A stretch of 43,870 nucleotides of DNA from Alphaproteobacteria bacterium. GTDB lineage: Bacteria; Pseudomonadota; Alphaproteobacteria; UBA8366; GCA-2717185. A program made the translations under genes and the position numbers. Within the stretch, counting starts at the first letter, position 1. Every line of letters begins with the position of its first letter. Where the stretch lies: assembly GCA_047631095.1 (NCBI GenBank), contig JBLHZD010000002.1:1-43870 (forward strand), written 5' to 3'. Shown piece by piece: positions 27,531-36,394 of the stretch. The notes under the pieces are model-generated. The model had not been told where the DNA came from. It made no database searches and saw only the letters and a list, made by a program, of their open reading frames with translations.

Positions 27531-28301
27531 TCACACGCGCCTGATTGCTGTTTCCAACCAGGCCAGCGCCCGTTCAACCGAATTCACTATTATCGCGCTG
27601 TCCTCTTCTATATGCGCTGGCCGGTCGATCATAACAACCGGTACGCCGAGATCACGCGCCGCATCAATCTTTGCGATCGTCGCGTCGCCCCCACTGTTTT
27701 TGGCGACAAGAACGTCAATGCGATGGGTTTTGATCAAATGTACTTCATCCGCAAAGCTGAAGGGGCCGCGCGCCTCGATACGATCATAAGCAGCGAATTT
27801 CTGTAAAACCTCGGGCGCATCAATCACCCGTATCAGAAAATACATCTCATCCAGCCCGACAAAGGCGGACAAGTCGCTGGCGCCCGTAGTCAAAAAAGCG
27901 CGGCGCCCCACCGTTGGAACCAGACGCGCCGCCGCCGCCGCATCCGTGACCCGGCGCCAATCGTCTCCCGGTTGGATTGTCCAGGCAGGTCGCGCCAGAC
28001 GAAGAAGCGGCGTATTCGTCGCCACGGCGGCCTGCGCCCCATGCGCGCTGATCTGTGCAGCGAAAGGATGGGTCGCATCGATGATCGCATCAATGCGCTG
28101 CGCATCGATCCAGTCCCGCAGCCCCAAAGCCCCGCCAAATCCACCGATGCGCACGGCGCCGGGAATTGGCGTCGGCGCGCGCGTGCGCCCCGCCAGCGAA
28201 CTCGTCACCTGCATGCGACCGGCGTCAACAACCGCGCGGGCCAGCGCAAGCGCCTCGCCCGTACCGCCCAGAATTAAAAGATGCGGCCTAGAATCCGGCA
28301 T
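27531..28301 (-). CDS. cobK: Precorrin-6A reductase (CobK/CbiJ)
   Basis: HLLILGGTGEALALARAV, HPFAAQIS. The ATG at 28301 overlaps the cbiD 3' end by 14 nt; an alternative GTG at 28355 overlaps it by 68 nt. Confidence 0.85.
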   Translation of the reverse strand: MPDSRPHLLILGGTGEALALARAVVDAGRMQVTSSLAGRTRAPTPIPGAVRIGGFGGALGLRDWIDAQRIDAIIDATHPFAAQISAHGAQAAVATNTPLLRLARPAWTIQPGDDWRRVTDAAAAARLVPTVGRRAFLTTGASDLSAFVGLDEMYFLIRVIDAPEVLQKFAAYDRIEARGPFSFADEVHLIKTHRIDVLVAKNSGGDATIAKIDAARDLGVPVVMIDRPAHIEEDSAIIVNSVERALAWLETAIRRV

Positions 28302-29397
28302 AGCCGATCCGTTCGCCTTTTCGGTCGATGACAAGAACGTCGACCTCAACGCCACCGGACAAGGTCGCCATCGCCACGGCGCGCGCCTGGGCGGCGATAA
28401 CGTCCGGCAAATCTATACCCTCTGCCAGGGTCAGTACTTCCGCCGCCGTGTTGGCGGTTTGAATATTGTTGAACAAGTCATCCGACAGGGTAGGCGCCAG
28501 CTTTTTCACCAGCTGCGCCAACCGTTCGAAATTCACCTGACTGCGCGACGAGTGCAAATCGAGATCGCCTTGCGCCAGTTTCGTCAGTTTCGCAAAGCCG
28601 CCCGCAATCGTAAGACGCGGCGTCGGGTGACGGCGTAGATATTTTAGCAATCCCCCGGCGAAATCGCCCATATCAATCAGCGCGCCGTCGTCCAGCCCAT
28701 ACAGGGCTTTCACCGCCGCTTCGGATGTCTTGCCCGTCGCGCCCGCAATATGGGTAACGCCAGTTTCACGCGCCACGTCCACGCCCCGGTGGATGGAATG
28801 AATCCAAGCGCTGCAGGAATAGGGAATGACAATGCCCGTTGTGCCCAGCACCGACAGCCCGCCCAAAATGCCCAGTCGAGGATTCCAAGTCTGTTCGGCG
28901 ATCGTCGCCCCGCCGGGAATTGATATCGTGATGCTTGCGTCCCCGGAGACGCCCAGTTCATCGGCGACCGCCGCAACGCCTTGCGCGATCATGGCGCGGG
29001 GTGCGGGGTTAATCGCCGGTTCGCCCGGCGGCAAAGGCAGGCCCGGCTTGGTGATCGTTCCCACGCCTTCGCCCGCATGAAAGGTCACGCCTTCGCCCGC
29101 TACACCCGGCCGCACAATGGCCAGAACCGTCACTCCATGAGTGACGTCCGGATCGTCGCCCGCATCCTTAACAACACCCGCGATTGCGTAAGGACCGTCG
29201 GCGTCACGCTCCAGCGCGGTTTGCACCAGCGGAAAGACCGGCGTCTCGCCACGCGGTAGACGCAGGCTCACCGTCCGCTCGAAGGCGCCCGTATGAAGCG
29301 CCCGAAACGCCGCGCGTGCGGCGGCGGCGGCGCACGCCCCCGTCGTCCAGCCGCGTCGAAGCGGTGAAGTCGGTTTCCGGTTCATGGGGGCGATCAT
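28288..29397 (-). CDS. cbiD: Cobalt-precorrin-5B (C1)-methyltransferase CbiD
   Basis: LRRGWTTGACAAAAARAA near the N-terminus, typical of CbiD; 369 aa. A GGAGG Shine-Dalgarno lies just upstream of the ATG at 29397. Confidence 0.9.
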   Translation of the reverse strand: MIAPMNRKPTSPLRRGWTTGACAAAAARAAFRALHTGAFERTVSLRLPRGETPVFPLVQTALERDADGPYAIAGVVKDAGDDPDVTHGVTVLAIVRPGVAGEGVTFHAGEGVGTITKPGLPLPPGEPAINPAPRAMIAQGVAAVADELGVSGDASITISIPGGATIAEQTWNPRLGILGGLSVLGTTGIVIPYSCSAWIHSIHRGVDVARETGVTHIAGATGKTSEAAVKALYGLDDGALIDMGDFAGGLLKYLRRHPTPRLTIAGGFAKLTKLAQGDLDLHSSRSQVNFERLAQLVKKLAPTLSDDLFNNIQTANTAAEVLTLAEGIDLPDVIAAQARAVAMATLSGGVEVDVLVIDRKGERIGYAGF

Positions 29398-29443
29398 ACG
29401 CCTCCAGACGCTATTCCGGAAACTTTGGAAACGACAAGCGCGC

Positions 29444-30988
29444 CTACAACATCACTTCGATGAGATAGGGCCCATTGACCGCAAGCCCCGCCTCCAGCGC
29501 CTTGTTCAGATCATCCGCCGATTCCACCCGGCATCCGTCAACGCCCATTCCGCGCGCCAACATCAGCCAATCCAGATCCGGTCGGGATAAATCGAGCATG
29601 TCCAACGCCTTGCGGCCAGGGTTGCCGGCGCCGACCTTAGCCAGCTCGCCCCGCAAAATGGCGTAGGACCGGTTTGCGAAAATCACCGTGGTCACGTCCA
29701 GCCCTTCACGCGCCTGCGTCCAAAGCGACTGCAGAGTATACATCCCGCTGCCATCGCCCTCCAAGCACACGACTTTGCGGTCCGGACAGGCGACCGCCGC
29801 CCCTGTCGCCAACGGCATACCCAGACCAATTGATCCGCCCATATTATTCAACCAGCAATGCGGCGGGGCGCCCGCAGTCAACGGGTAGAATCCGCGCCCG
29901 GTGGTCACTGATTCGTCGGCGACAATCGCGTCTTCCGGCAAGGCCGCGCCGAGCGCGGCGGCGATGGTGTCGGGGTTCAACGCGCCTGTGGGACGGCCCG
30001 GCCGGTTGGGCGCCTGACGCACCGCATCGGATCGTTTTGCGCCGACGACTTCCGCCAAACGCTCCAGCGCATCAACCATATCTTCGGAAATATCCGCCAG
30101 CTGATGAAATTCACACCCTTCCGGCGCCAGCAGGCTGGGCGTATTGGGATAGGCGAAAAAGGCGACGGGAATTTTCGCGCCAATAAGAATGATGTGCTTA
30201 TATTTTTTCAAAACCTCCAGCGCCTGTTCGACGACATAGGGGATACGCTCCACCGGCACCCGTCCGGCGCCGCGTTGCAGACGCGCATTGGACCCCTGCG
30301 ACATGAGCTCAGCGCCTGTTTTCGCCGCGATCCCCCCGGCCAGATCCAGCGGATCCTGATACAGGGCCTGTCCGGTCATCAACAACAATGTCGGTTCGCC
30401 CGACCGCAAGGCCGAAGCGGCCGCTTCCACCGCCGAATCCGAGACCTTTACGCGTTCGGGAATTTCCGGCACCACCGCCGGGCCTTCGGCATCGTTCCAC
30501 GCGGTGTCTGCGGGTAATATCAACGTCGCGATTTGCCCCGGCGGCGCGGACGCCGCCGCGATCGCGGCCGCGCCATCAGTCGCGACCGACATGGCGTCTG
30601 GCGACGTCTTGACCCAGTCGGACAAGGGGCGCGCCATGCCTTCGATATCGGCGGTCAGGGGTGCGTCATGTTCAATATGATACGTGGCGTGTTCGCCGAC
30701 AATATTGATCATCGGGGACGACGCCTTACCCGCATTGTGGATATTCGCCATGGCGTTATTAAAGCCCGGCCCGAGATGCAACAGGGTGGAGGCGGGTTTT
30801 CCGGTCATCCGCGCATAACCATCCGCTGCGCCCGATACCACGCCTTCGAACAGGCCCAGGATACAGCGCATCCCGTCAACCTTGTCCAAGGCGGCGACAA
30901 AATGCATTTCCGACGTTCCGGGATTCGTGAAGCAAACATCCACGTCACCGTTCACCAATGTCCGTACAAGACTTTCCGCGCCATTCAT
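29444..30988 (-). CDS. Thiamine-pyrophosphate-dependent enzyme of the acetolactate-synthase-large-subunit-like family; substrate unknown
   Basis: 514 aa. N-terminal TPP pyrimidine-binding domain (CFTNPGTSEMHFVAALD, GYARMTGKP) and C-terminal TPP/Mg motif GDGSGMYTLQ..FANRSYA. It ends 46 nt upstream of cbiD with no intervening terminator. Confidence 0.8.
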   Translation of the reverse strand: MNGAESLVRTLVNGDVDVCFTNPGTSEMHFVAALDKVDGMRCILGLFEGVVSGAADGYARMTGKPASTLLHLGPGFNNAMANIHNAGKASSPMINIVGEHATYHIEHDAPLTADIEGMARPLSDWVKTSPDAMSVATDGAAAIAAASAPPGQIATLILPADTAWNDAEGPAVVPEIPERVKVSDSAVEAAASALRSGEPTLLLMTGQALYQDPLDLAGGIAAKTGAELMSQGSNARLQRGAGRVPVERIPYVVEQALEVLKKYKHIILIGAKIPVAFFAYPNTPSLLAPEGCEFHQLADISEDMVDALERLAEVVGAKRSDAVRQAPNRPGRPTGALNPDTIAAALGAALPEDAIVADESVTTGRGFYPLTAGAPPHCWLNNMGGSIGLGMPLATGAAVACPDRKVVCLEGDGSGMYTLQSLWTQAREGLDVTTVIFANRSYAILRGELAKVGAGNPGRKALDMLDLSRPDLDWLMLARGMGVDGCRVESADDLNKALEAGLAVNGPYLIEVML

Positions 30989-31021
30989 AAGCCGCCCCTA
31001 TTCTTTTCAATCAGCCATATT

Positions 31022-31054
31022 TCGACAAAACAAAACCGCCGCGTAATGCGGCGG
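31022..31054 (-). terminator. Intrinsic-terminator-like hairpin in the 5' leader of the TPP-enzyme gene (possible attenuator or sRNA terminator)
   Basis: On the minus strand: a 7-bp all-GC stem, CCGCCGC (31054-31048) pairing with GCGGCGG (31042-31036), closing the 5-nt loop ATTAC. It is followed by TTTTGTTTTGTCGA (31035-31022), and the tract ends 33 nt before the ATG at 30988. No minus-strand gene lies upstream. Confidence 0.45.
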
Positions 31055-31174
31055 AAGCCTTTGATCCAGTCTTGCTATTGAACGGCCAAAACCACGCACT
31101 TGCAATATCTTTGATGGAGAGATTTCTTAGCGCAAACTTTGATGCGGCCCCCGGATCAATGGTATCATGTGTTG

Positions 31175-32545
31175 ATGAACGCCAATCTCGACTCCACAGA
31201 AAACTTAGTGCCCGCGCCAGGGCTAATTATCAGCGCACCCGCCAGCGGCAGCGGCAAGACCGTCATCACGCTGGCGTTGTTGCGCGCCCTGCGCCGCGCG
31301 GAAATTTCGGTCGCGTCGGCCAAAATTGGCCCCGACTATATCGACCCGGCCTATCACCGCGCCGCCAGTGGCGCAGATTGCGTGAACCTAGATAGCTGGG
31401 CGATGCGCGAAAACGTCTTTTCCCGCCTGGCCCATCACGCGTCGTTAAACGCCGATCTCGTATTATGCGAAGGGGTCATGGGATTGTTTGACGGCGCGCA
31501 GGACCCATCGCGCGATGGCGCGGGCTCCACCGCCGAGGCCGCCGCGCGCACCGGATGGCCAGTCATTCTGGTGGTGGATGCGCGCGGGCAGGCGCAATCC
31601 GCCGGGGCGTTGATCGAAGGTTTCATGCGCCACCGCGACGATCTCCACGTCGCAGGCGTTATTTTCAATCGGGTCGGGGGCGAACGGCACGCGCAAATGT
31701 TACGCGCCGCCGCCCAGCGCGCCGGCGCCGTGGTGCTGGGTTGCGTGCCGCGAGACCCGGCGTTGTCCCTGCCGGAACGCCATCTTGGTCTGGTTCAGGC
31801 GGATGAACATGACGCGCTGGAATCATTTTTGAACGCCGCCGCCGATTTGATTGCGCGCGCCATTGATCTGGACGCGCTGCAAGAACTGGCGCGCCCGATA
31901 ACATTGACCGACCCCAAGATCACGCCGGACCATGCGCCCAAACCACTGGGTCAACGAATCGCCATCGCCCGCGATCATGCCTTCGCTTTCGCCTACCCAT
32001 CGCTCTTGCATCAATGGCAGAAACAAGGCGCCGCTTTAGAATTTTTCTCCCCCCTTAAAAACGAAGGCCCGGACGACGACGCAGACGCGGTTTATCTGCC
32101 GGGCGGCTATCCGGAGCTTCATGCCGGTCGGTTGGCGTCGAACGACTTGTTTCTATCTGGCGTGCGACAAGCGGCGGCGCGCGGCGCGGCGGTTTATGGG
32201 GAATGCGGCGGGTACATGGTTCTGGGCGATGCGCTGACCGATAGCGACGGCGATGCGCACCGCCTCTGCGGTTTACTGCCGCTGCATTCGTCGTTTGAAA
32301 CCCCACGCCTTCATTTAGGATATCGCCGGGCGAGGACCATGATGGCCACCCCTCTTGGAGAGGCGGGCCTGCGCTTCACCGGGCATGAGTTCCATTACGC
32401 CAACATTATTGACGAAGGACCTGCGACCCCCTTGTTTCAGGTTAAAAATGCGCAAGGCGCGCCGGTTTCCGCCTCTTCAGGACTTGCGGTAGGCAACGTC
32501 GCGGGATCCTTTGTCCATCTGATTGATAGCGGCGCAGAATCATGA
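31175..32545 (+). CDS. cobB: Cobyrinic acid a,c-diamide synthase (CobB/CbiA)
   Basis: [23 protein letters not shown], and a C-terminal amidotransferase part with [10 protein letters not shown]. The start is probably the ATG at 31175 (MNANLD..); the alternatives are TTG 31139 and ATG 31142. Confidence 0.9.
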   Translation: MNANLDSTENLVPAPGLIISAPASGSGKTVITLALLRALRRAEISVASAKIGPDYIDPAYHRAASGADCVNLDSWAMRENVFSRLAHHASLNADLVLCEGVMGLFDGAQDPSRDGAGSTAEAAARTGWPVILVVDARGQAQSAGALIEGFMRHRDDLHVAGVIFNRVGGERHAQMLRAAAQRAGAVVLGCVPRDPALSLPERHLGLVQADEHDALESFLNAAADLIARAIDLDALQELARPITLTDPKITPDHAPKPLGQRIAIARDHAFAFAYPSLLHQWQKQGAALEFFSPLKNEGPDDDADAVYLPGGYPELHAGRLASNDLFLSGVRQAAARGAAVYGECGGYMVLGDALTDSDGDAHRLCGLLPLHSSFETPRLHLGYRRARTMMATPLGEAGLRFTGHEFHYANIIDEGPATPLFQVKNAQGAPVSASSGLAVGNVAGSFVHLIDSGAES

Positions 32546-33021
32546 GCGACGACCAACCCTTCTGGCGCACGAAAACAATGCGCGAGATGACCCAGCGCGA
32601 GTGGGAATCCCTGTGCGATGGCTGCGGTCAATGTTGCCTGCACAAACTCGAAGACGCCGATACCGGCGAAATCGCCCTGACCAATGTCGCCTGCCGGTAT
32701 CTGGATCTCAATTCCTGCCAATGCGGCGACTACGCCAACCGACAGAGCAATGTTCCCGATTGCGTACAACTGACGCCGGGCAATGCGACGACGCTGCGCT
32801 GGCTGCCCTACACGTGCGCCTACCGGTTGGTCGCCCGCGGCGACCCCTTGCCCGACTGGCACCCGCTGCTGACCGGCGACCCGAATTCAGTGCATGACGC
32901 CGGTATTTCGGTTCGCGTCGCCCCGGACAAGGTCGTGTCCGAGGATGAGGTCGAGGATTTGGAAGACTATGTTGTGGAATGGCTAAACGGCGGGGCCGAC
33001 CCCTTTGGACGGCGTTCTTGA
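32542..33021 (+). CDS. ycgN: YcgN/UPF0260-like cysteine-cluster protein (CxxCxxCC family)
   Basis: 159 aa. [18 protein letters not shown] (CxxCxxCC) plus C..C and C motifs typical of YcgN. Its ATG overlaps the cobB stop (ATGA at 32542-32545). Confidence 0.75.
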   Translation: MSDDQPFWRTKTMREMTQREWESLCDGCGQCCLHKLEDADTGEIALTNVACRYLDLNSCQCGDYANRQSNVPDCVQLTPGNATTLRWLPYTCAYRLVARGDPLPDWHPLLTGDPNSVHDAGISVRVAPDKVVSEDEVEDLEDYVVEWLNGGADPFGRRS

Positions 33022-33713
33022 GCACGACCCGAACCCTTTTGATCGGCGAACGCGCGGTGGACATCGCCGTTCGCCGTAGCCCCCGCGCGCGGCGCATCGC
33101 GCTTCGCATTGATCCCACGCTTGGCGGCGCGGAACTGGTTTTGCCCCCCGGCGCCAAGGAGGCGGAGGCCATCGCCTTCGCAACCGCGCGCGGCGAATGG
33201 CTGCTCGAGCGGATCGACGAATTGCCGCGTCGTATCGCCTTTAGAGATGGCGTCTCAATCCCGCTCGGCGGCGAAACCGTTTTAATCCAGCATGCGCCGC
33301 ACCAGAAAATTGGCGTTGAGCGCCAGGATTCTGCGCTGGTGGTGGGCGGACGCGAAGAACATCTCGCGCGCCGCCTTCAGGACTGGCTGCGCCGCGAGGC
33401 GCGACGGACGATTTCACCACTCGCTTGGGAATTGGCGGGACGCCTGGACCTAAAACCCGCCCGGATTTCAATTCGCGACCAACGCAGCCGGTGGGGCAGT
33501 TGTTCCAGCACGGGCGCGCTATCGTTCAACTGGCGGCTTATTCTGGCGCCGCCCTTTGTGCTTCAATACGTCACCGCGCATGAAGTGGCGCATATGCGAG
33601 AAATGAACCATTCTCCCGCTTTCTGGTCCCTGGTGGATGAATTGGGCGAACATCACGCAACGGGTCGCCAATGGTTAAAATCCAATGGCGGCGGCCTGCA
33701 TGCTTATGGCTGA
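32979..33713 (+). CDS. YgjP-like (DUF45/M48-type) metal-dependent hydrolase
   Basis: HExxH motif in [16 protein letters not shown], and SRWGSCS upstream of it. The start is uncertain: the ATG at 32979 overlaps ycgN by 43 nt, and the TTG at 33018 overlaps the ycgN stop (TTGA). Confidence 0.7.
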   Translation: MAKRRGRPLWTAFLSTTRTLLIGERAVDIAVRRSPRARRIALRIDPTLGGAELVLPPGAKEAEAIAFATARGEWLLERIDELPRRIAFRDGVSIPLGGETVLIQHAPHQKIGVERQDSALVVGGREEHLARRLQDWLRREARRTISPLAWELAGRLDLKPARISIRDQRSRWGSCSSTGALSFNWRLILAPPFVLQYVTAHEVAHMREMNHSPAFWSLVDELGEHHATGRQWLKSNGGGLHAYG

Positions 33714-33793
33714 CATATTCGTGTATGTTCATGTATTAATTCGTAATGGACCGGGTTTACAGCCTTCGCCCATCAACCTATGTATTGTGTAAC

Positions 33794-34204
33794 ATGAGTA
33801 AAATTCGCCCCTACGCCCAATCCATTGAGCGGCTAAAGACCGCCCAATTACGCCCGACCCGGCAGCGCATCGCGTTGGCGCGGCTGTTGTTTGAGGGCGA
33901 TGATCGTCACGTAACGGCGGAGCAGCTTCATGGGGAAGCGGCGGCGGCCAAGGTCCAGGTATCGCTCGCAACAGTCTACAACACGCTGCATCAATTCACC
34001 GCCGCCGGGCTTATGCGCGAAGTGGTCGTTGAAACCGGACGTTCCTATTTCGACACCAACACAACCGATCACTATCATTTTTTCGAACCAGACACGGCGG
34101 TTCTTCGCGATATTCCAACCGAATCAATTAAATTATTGGCGTTGCCCGAAGCGCCTGCGGGTCACGAAATTGATCGCGTCGATATAATTGTCCACTTAAA
34201 GTAA
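33794..34204 (+). CDS. irr: Fur-family iron response regulator Irr
   Basis: Closely resembles rhizobial Irr as I remember it: LRPTRQRIALARLLF..RHVTAEQLH..VSLATVYNTLHQFT.AGL..YFDTNTTDHYHFF, with HYH at the HHH-motif position. There are no C-terminal CxxC pairs and no N-terminal heme-regulatory CP motif. The ATG at 33794 gives about 136 aa. Confidence 0.8.
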   Translation: MSKIRPYAQSIERLKTAQLRPTRQRIALARLLFEGDDRHVTAEQLHGEAAAAKVQVSLATVYNTLHQFTAAGLMREVVVETGRSYFDTNTTDHYHFFEPDTAVLRDIPTESIKLLALPEAPAGHEIDRVDIIVHLK

Positions 34205-34229
34205 TATAACGTAGCGCCCTACTTAGTTG

Positions 34230-34246
34230 TTTAGAATAGTTTTAAG
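34230..34246. promoter_or_regulatory. ICE-like (iron control element) candidate Irr operator
   Basis: TTTAGAA-TAG-TTTTAAG against the Bradyrhizobium ICE consensus TTTAGAA-N3-TTCTAAA: first half 7/7, second half 5/7. It sits 3 nt upstream of a TTGACT -35-like hexamer (34250-34255), which is followed after 18 nt by TACCAT. Confidence 0.4.
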
Positions 34247-34490
34247 CTGTTGACTTCCCGATTTCATTCGCGATACCATAATCATAATCGTACGGTCTGT
34301 TTTCGAAAATACTGTGGCTCTAACGCGCGCAAGCGAGGCGAAAAAATTCGTTGGCGCGGCGCAGGACCCCATTGCGGGGGCGTCCCGATATAGACTACAA
34401 AAAGTAACGACAGGTCACAGGAACGACAGGTTTTATCAATTGCGGTACTCGCCGTAAGTGTTTGGGTTTAACAAAAAACTGGAGGTAGAT

Positions 34491-34910
34491 ATGTCCTTGA
34501 AAGACAGTAAAACAGAAGACAATTTGAAGGCGGCGTTCGCTGGAGAAAGCCAGGCTAATCGCCGGTATCTGTATTTCGCGCAAAAAGCCGATGTTGAAGG
34601 CTACAACGATGTCGCCACTGTTTTCCGGTCCACCGCCGAAGGCGAAACCGGCCATGCGCACGGTCATCTGGAATTCCTCGAAGAAACAGGCGATCCCGCG
34701 ACAGGCAAGCCCATCGGCGCCACCGGCGACAATCTGCAAGCCGCCATCGCTGGTGAAACCCACGAATACACCGATATGTATCCGGGCATGGCCCGCACCG
34801 CGCGCGAAGAAGGCTTCGACGAAATTGCTGATTGGTTCGAAACTCTGGCGAAGGCCGAAAAGAGCCACGCCGGTCGTTTCCAGAAAGCGTTTGATACGCT
34901 GGACGACTAA
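34491..34910 (+). CDS. Rubrerythrin-family diiron protein (no rubredoxin domain)
   Basis: 139 aa. [23 protein letters not shown].., [27 protein letters not shown] and AEKSHAGRF supply the ExxH diiron ligands. GGAGG Shine-Dalgarno at 34481-34485. Confidence 0.85.
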   Translation: MSLKDSKTEDNLKAAFAGESQANRRYLYFAQKADVEGYNDVATVFRSTAEGETGHAHGHLEFLEETGDPATGKPIGATGDNLQAAIAGETHEYTDMYPGMARTAREEGFDEIADWFETLAKAEKSHAGRFQKAFDTLDD

Positions 34911-35008
34911 TCAACGTTAAATATCACGCCGTGGCGCCGCGGATGTGTGCTTTTGCACATATAAAGCGGCGTCCGGTTTGATTTTTCAGATCAGGATAGG
35001 AACCCGCC

Positions 35009-36352
35009 ATGTCGGAAGGTAGTCTGCAAGCGCCGACGCGCCACGCCATTCCCTGGCGGGACGAAAGTTTTTACGACGAAGCCGATATCGATTTAGAACT
35101 CCGGCGGGTCTTTGATATCTGCCACGGGTGTCGTCGATGTTTTAATCTGTGCGATTCATTCCCGCGCCTGTTCGACTTGATCGACGATTCGGAAAGCGGC
35201 GAACTCGACACGGTCGATTCCAAAGATTTTAAACCCGTCATTGACGCCTGCACCCTGTGCGATTTGTGCTTCATGACGAAGTGTCCCTATGTGCCGCCGC
35301 ACGAATTCAACCTCGATTTTCCCCATCTGATGCTGCGTTATCGCGCCACGGAACACCGCAAGGGCGCAATCGGCTGGATGGACAAACAACTGACGCAGAC
35401 CGACCGCAACGGCAAGCTGGCCGGATTGGTCGCGCCGCTGGCGAACTGGGCCTCTAGTGAGACGAATTCATTGACGCGCCCCCTGTTGGAAACAGTTGCG
35501 CATATCCACCGGGACGCCGCCCTGCCACAATTTCACGGCGAAACGTTCGAGAAACGCGCCGCGAAGCAACCGCCCGAGATCAACCGCGACGCGCCTGGGT
35601 TTGGCCGAAAAGCGGTCCTGTACGCCACGTGCTATGGCAATTTCAACAACCCGGAAATCGGCGTCGCGACCCAGGCCGTCCTGGCGCGCAACGGCGTGGA
35701 GACGGAAGTCGTCTATCCCGGTTGTTGCGGGATGCCCCAATTGGAGCAGGGCGATATGAATGCGGTCGCCGAGAGCGCCGCGACGGTCGCTACGGAAATG
35801 GCGCCCTGGGTTGAGAAGGGCTACGACATAATCGCGTTAACACCGTCCTGCGCCTTGATGCTCAAATTTGAATGGCCGTTGATCGTTCCTGAAAATGACG
35901 CGGTGCAGACCTTGAGCACGGCGACCCGCGACATCAGCGAATATATTGTCGACATCGCAAAGACCGAAGGATTGAGCGAAGGACTCAGCGCTGTCGAAGG
36001 TGGCGTCACCGTGCATATCGCCTGCCACGCGCGCGCGCAAAACATGGGCCAAAAGGCCGCTGAACTTCTTCGACTCCTGCCCGACACCGACATTCAGGTC
36101 ATCGAGCGCTGCTCCGGCCATGGCGGATCGTGGGGCGTCATGAAGGATAATTTCGAGATCGCCCTGAAAGTCGGTAAGCCCGTGGCGCGCCAGACCGCCA
36201 AGGCGGGGCATAAACACGTCGTTTCCGAATGTCCCCTCGCTGGCGTGCATATTGGCCAGGGCCTTGAGCGGCTTCCCGATGCGCCTGATGACATCCAGGT
36301 CGCGCCGCACCCCGTTGTCCTGTTCGCGAAAGCCTATGGGATCACCCTTTAG
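35009..36352 (+). CDS. HdrD/GlpC-like Fe-S protein: two ferredoxin-type 4Fe-4S motifs plus two CCG-type cysteine-rich domains
   Basis: 447 aa. CHGCRRCFNLC and CTLCDLCFMTKCP (CxxCxxCxxxC), then YATCYGN..PGCCGMP, and a second half IACHARAQ..ERCSGHGG. Confidence 0.8.
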   Translation: MSEGSLQAPTRHAIPWRDESFYDEADIDLELRRVFDICHGCRRCFNLCDSFPRLFDLIDDSESGELDTVDSKDFKPVIDACTLCDLCFMTKCPYVPPHEFNLDFPHLMLRYRATEHRKGAIGWMDKQLTQTDRNGKLAGLVAPLANWASSETNSLTRPLLETVAHIHRDAALPQFHGETFEKRAAKQPPEINRDAPGFGRKAVLYATCYGNFNNPEIGVATQAVLARNGVETEVVYPGCCGMPQLEQGDMNAVAESAATVATEMAPWVEKGYDIIALTPSCALMLKFEWPLIVPENDAVQTLSTATRDISEYIVDIAKTEGLSEGLSAVEGGVTVHIACHARAQNMGQKAAELLRLLPDTDIQVIERCSGHGGSWGVMKDNFEIALKVGKPVARQTAKAGHKHVVSECPLAGVHIGQGLERLPDAPDDIQVAPHPVVLFAKAYGITL

Positions 36353-36394
36353 ATACCGCTTTAAACTTTTTTAACCGACCGGATAAAAAACCCC

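Noticed and set aside
30989-31174. A TPP (THI-box) or cobalamin riboswitch upstream of the TPP-dependent enzyme gene
   Set aside because: I found no CTGAGA / ACCTGATCTGGATAATGCCAGCG-like THI elements and no B12 box on either strand. Only the terminator-like hairpin is reported.
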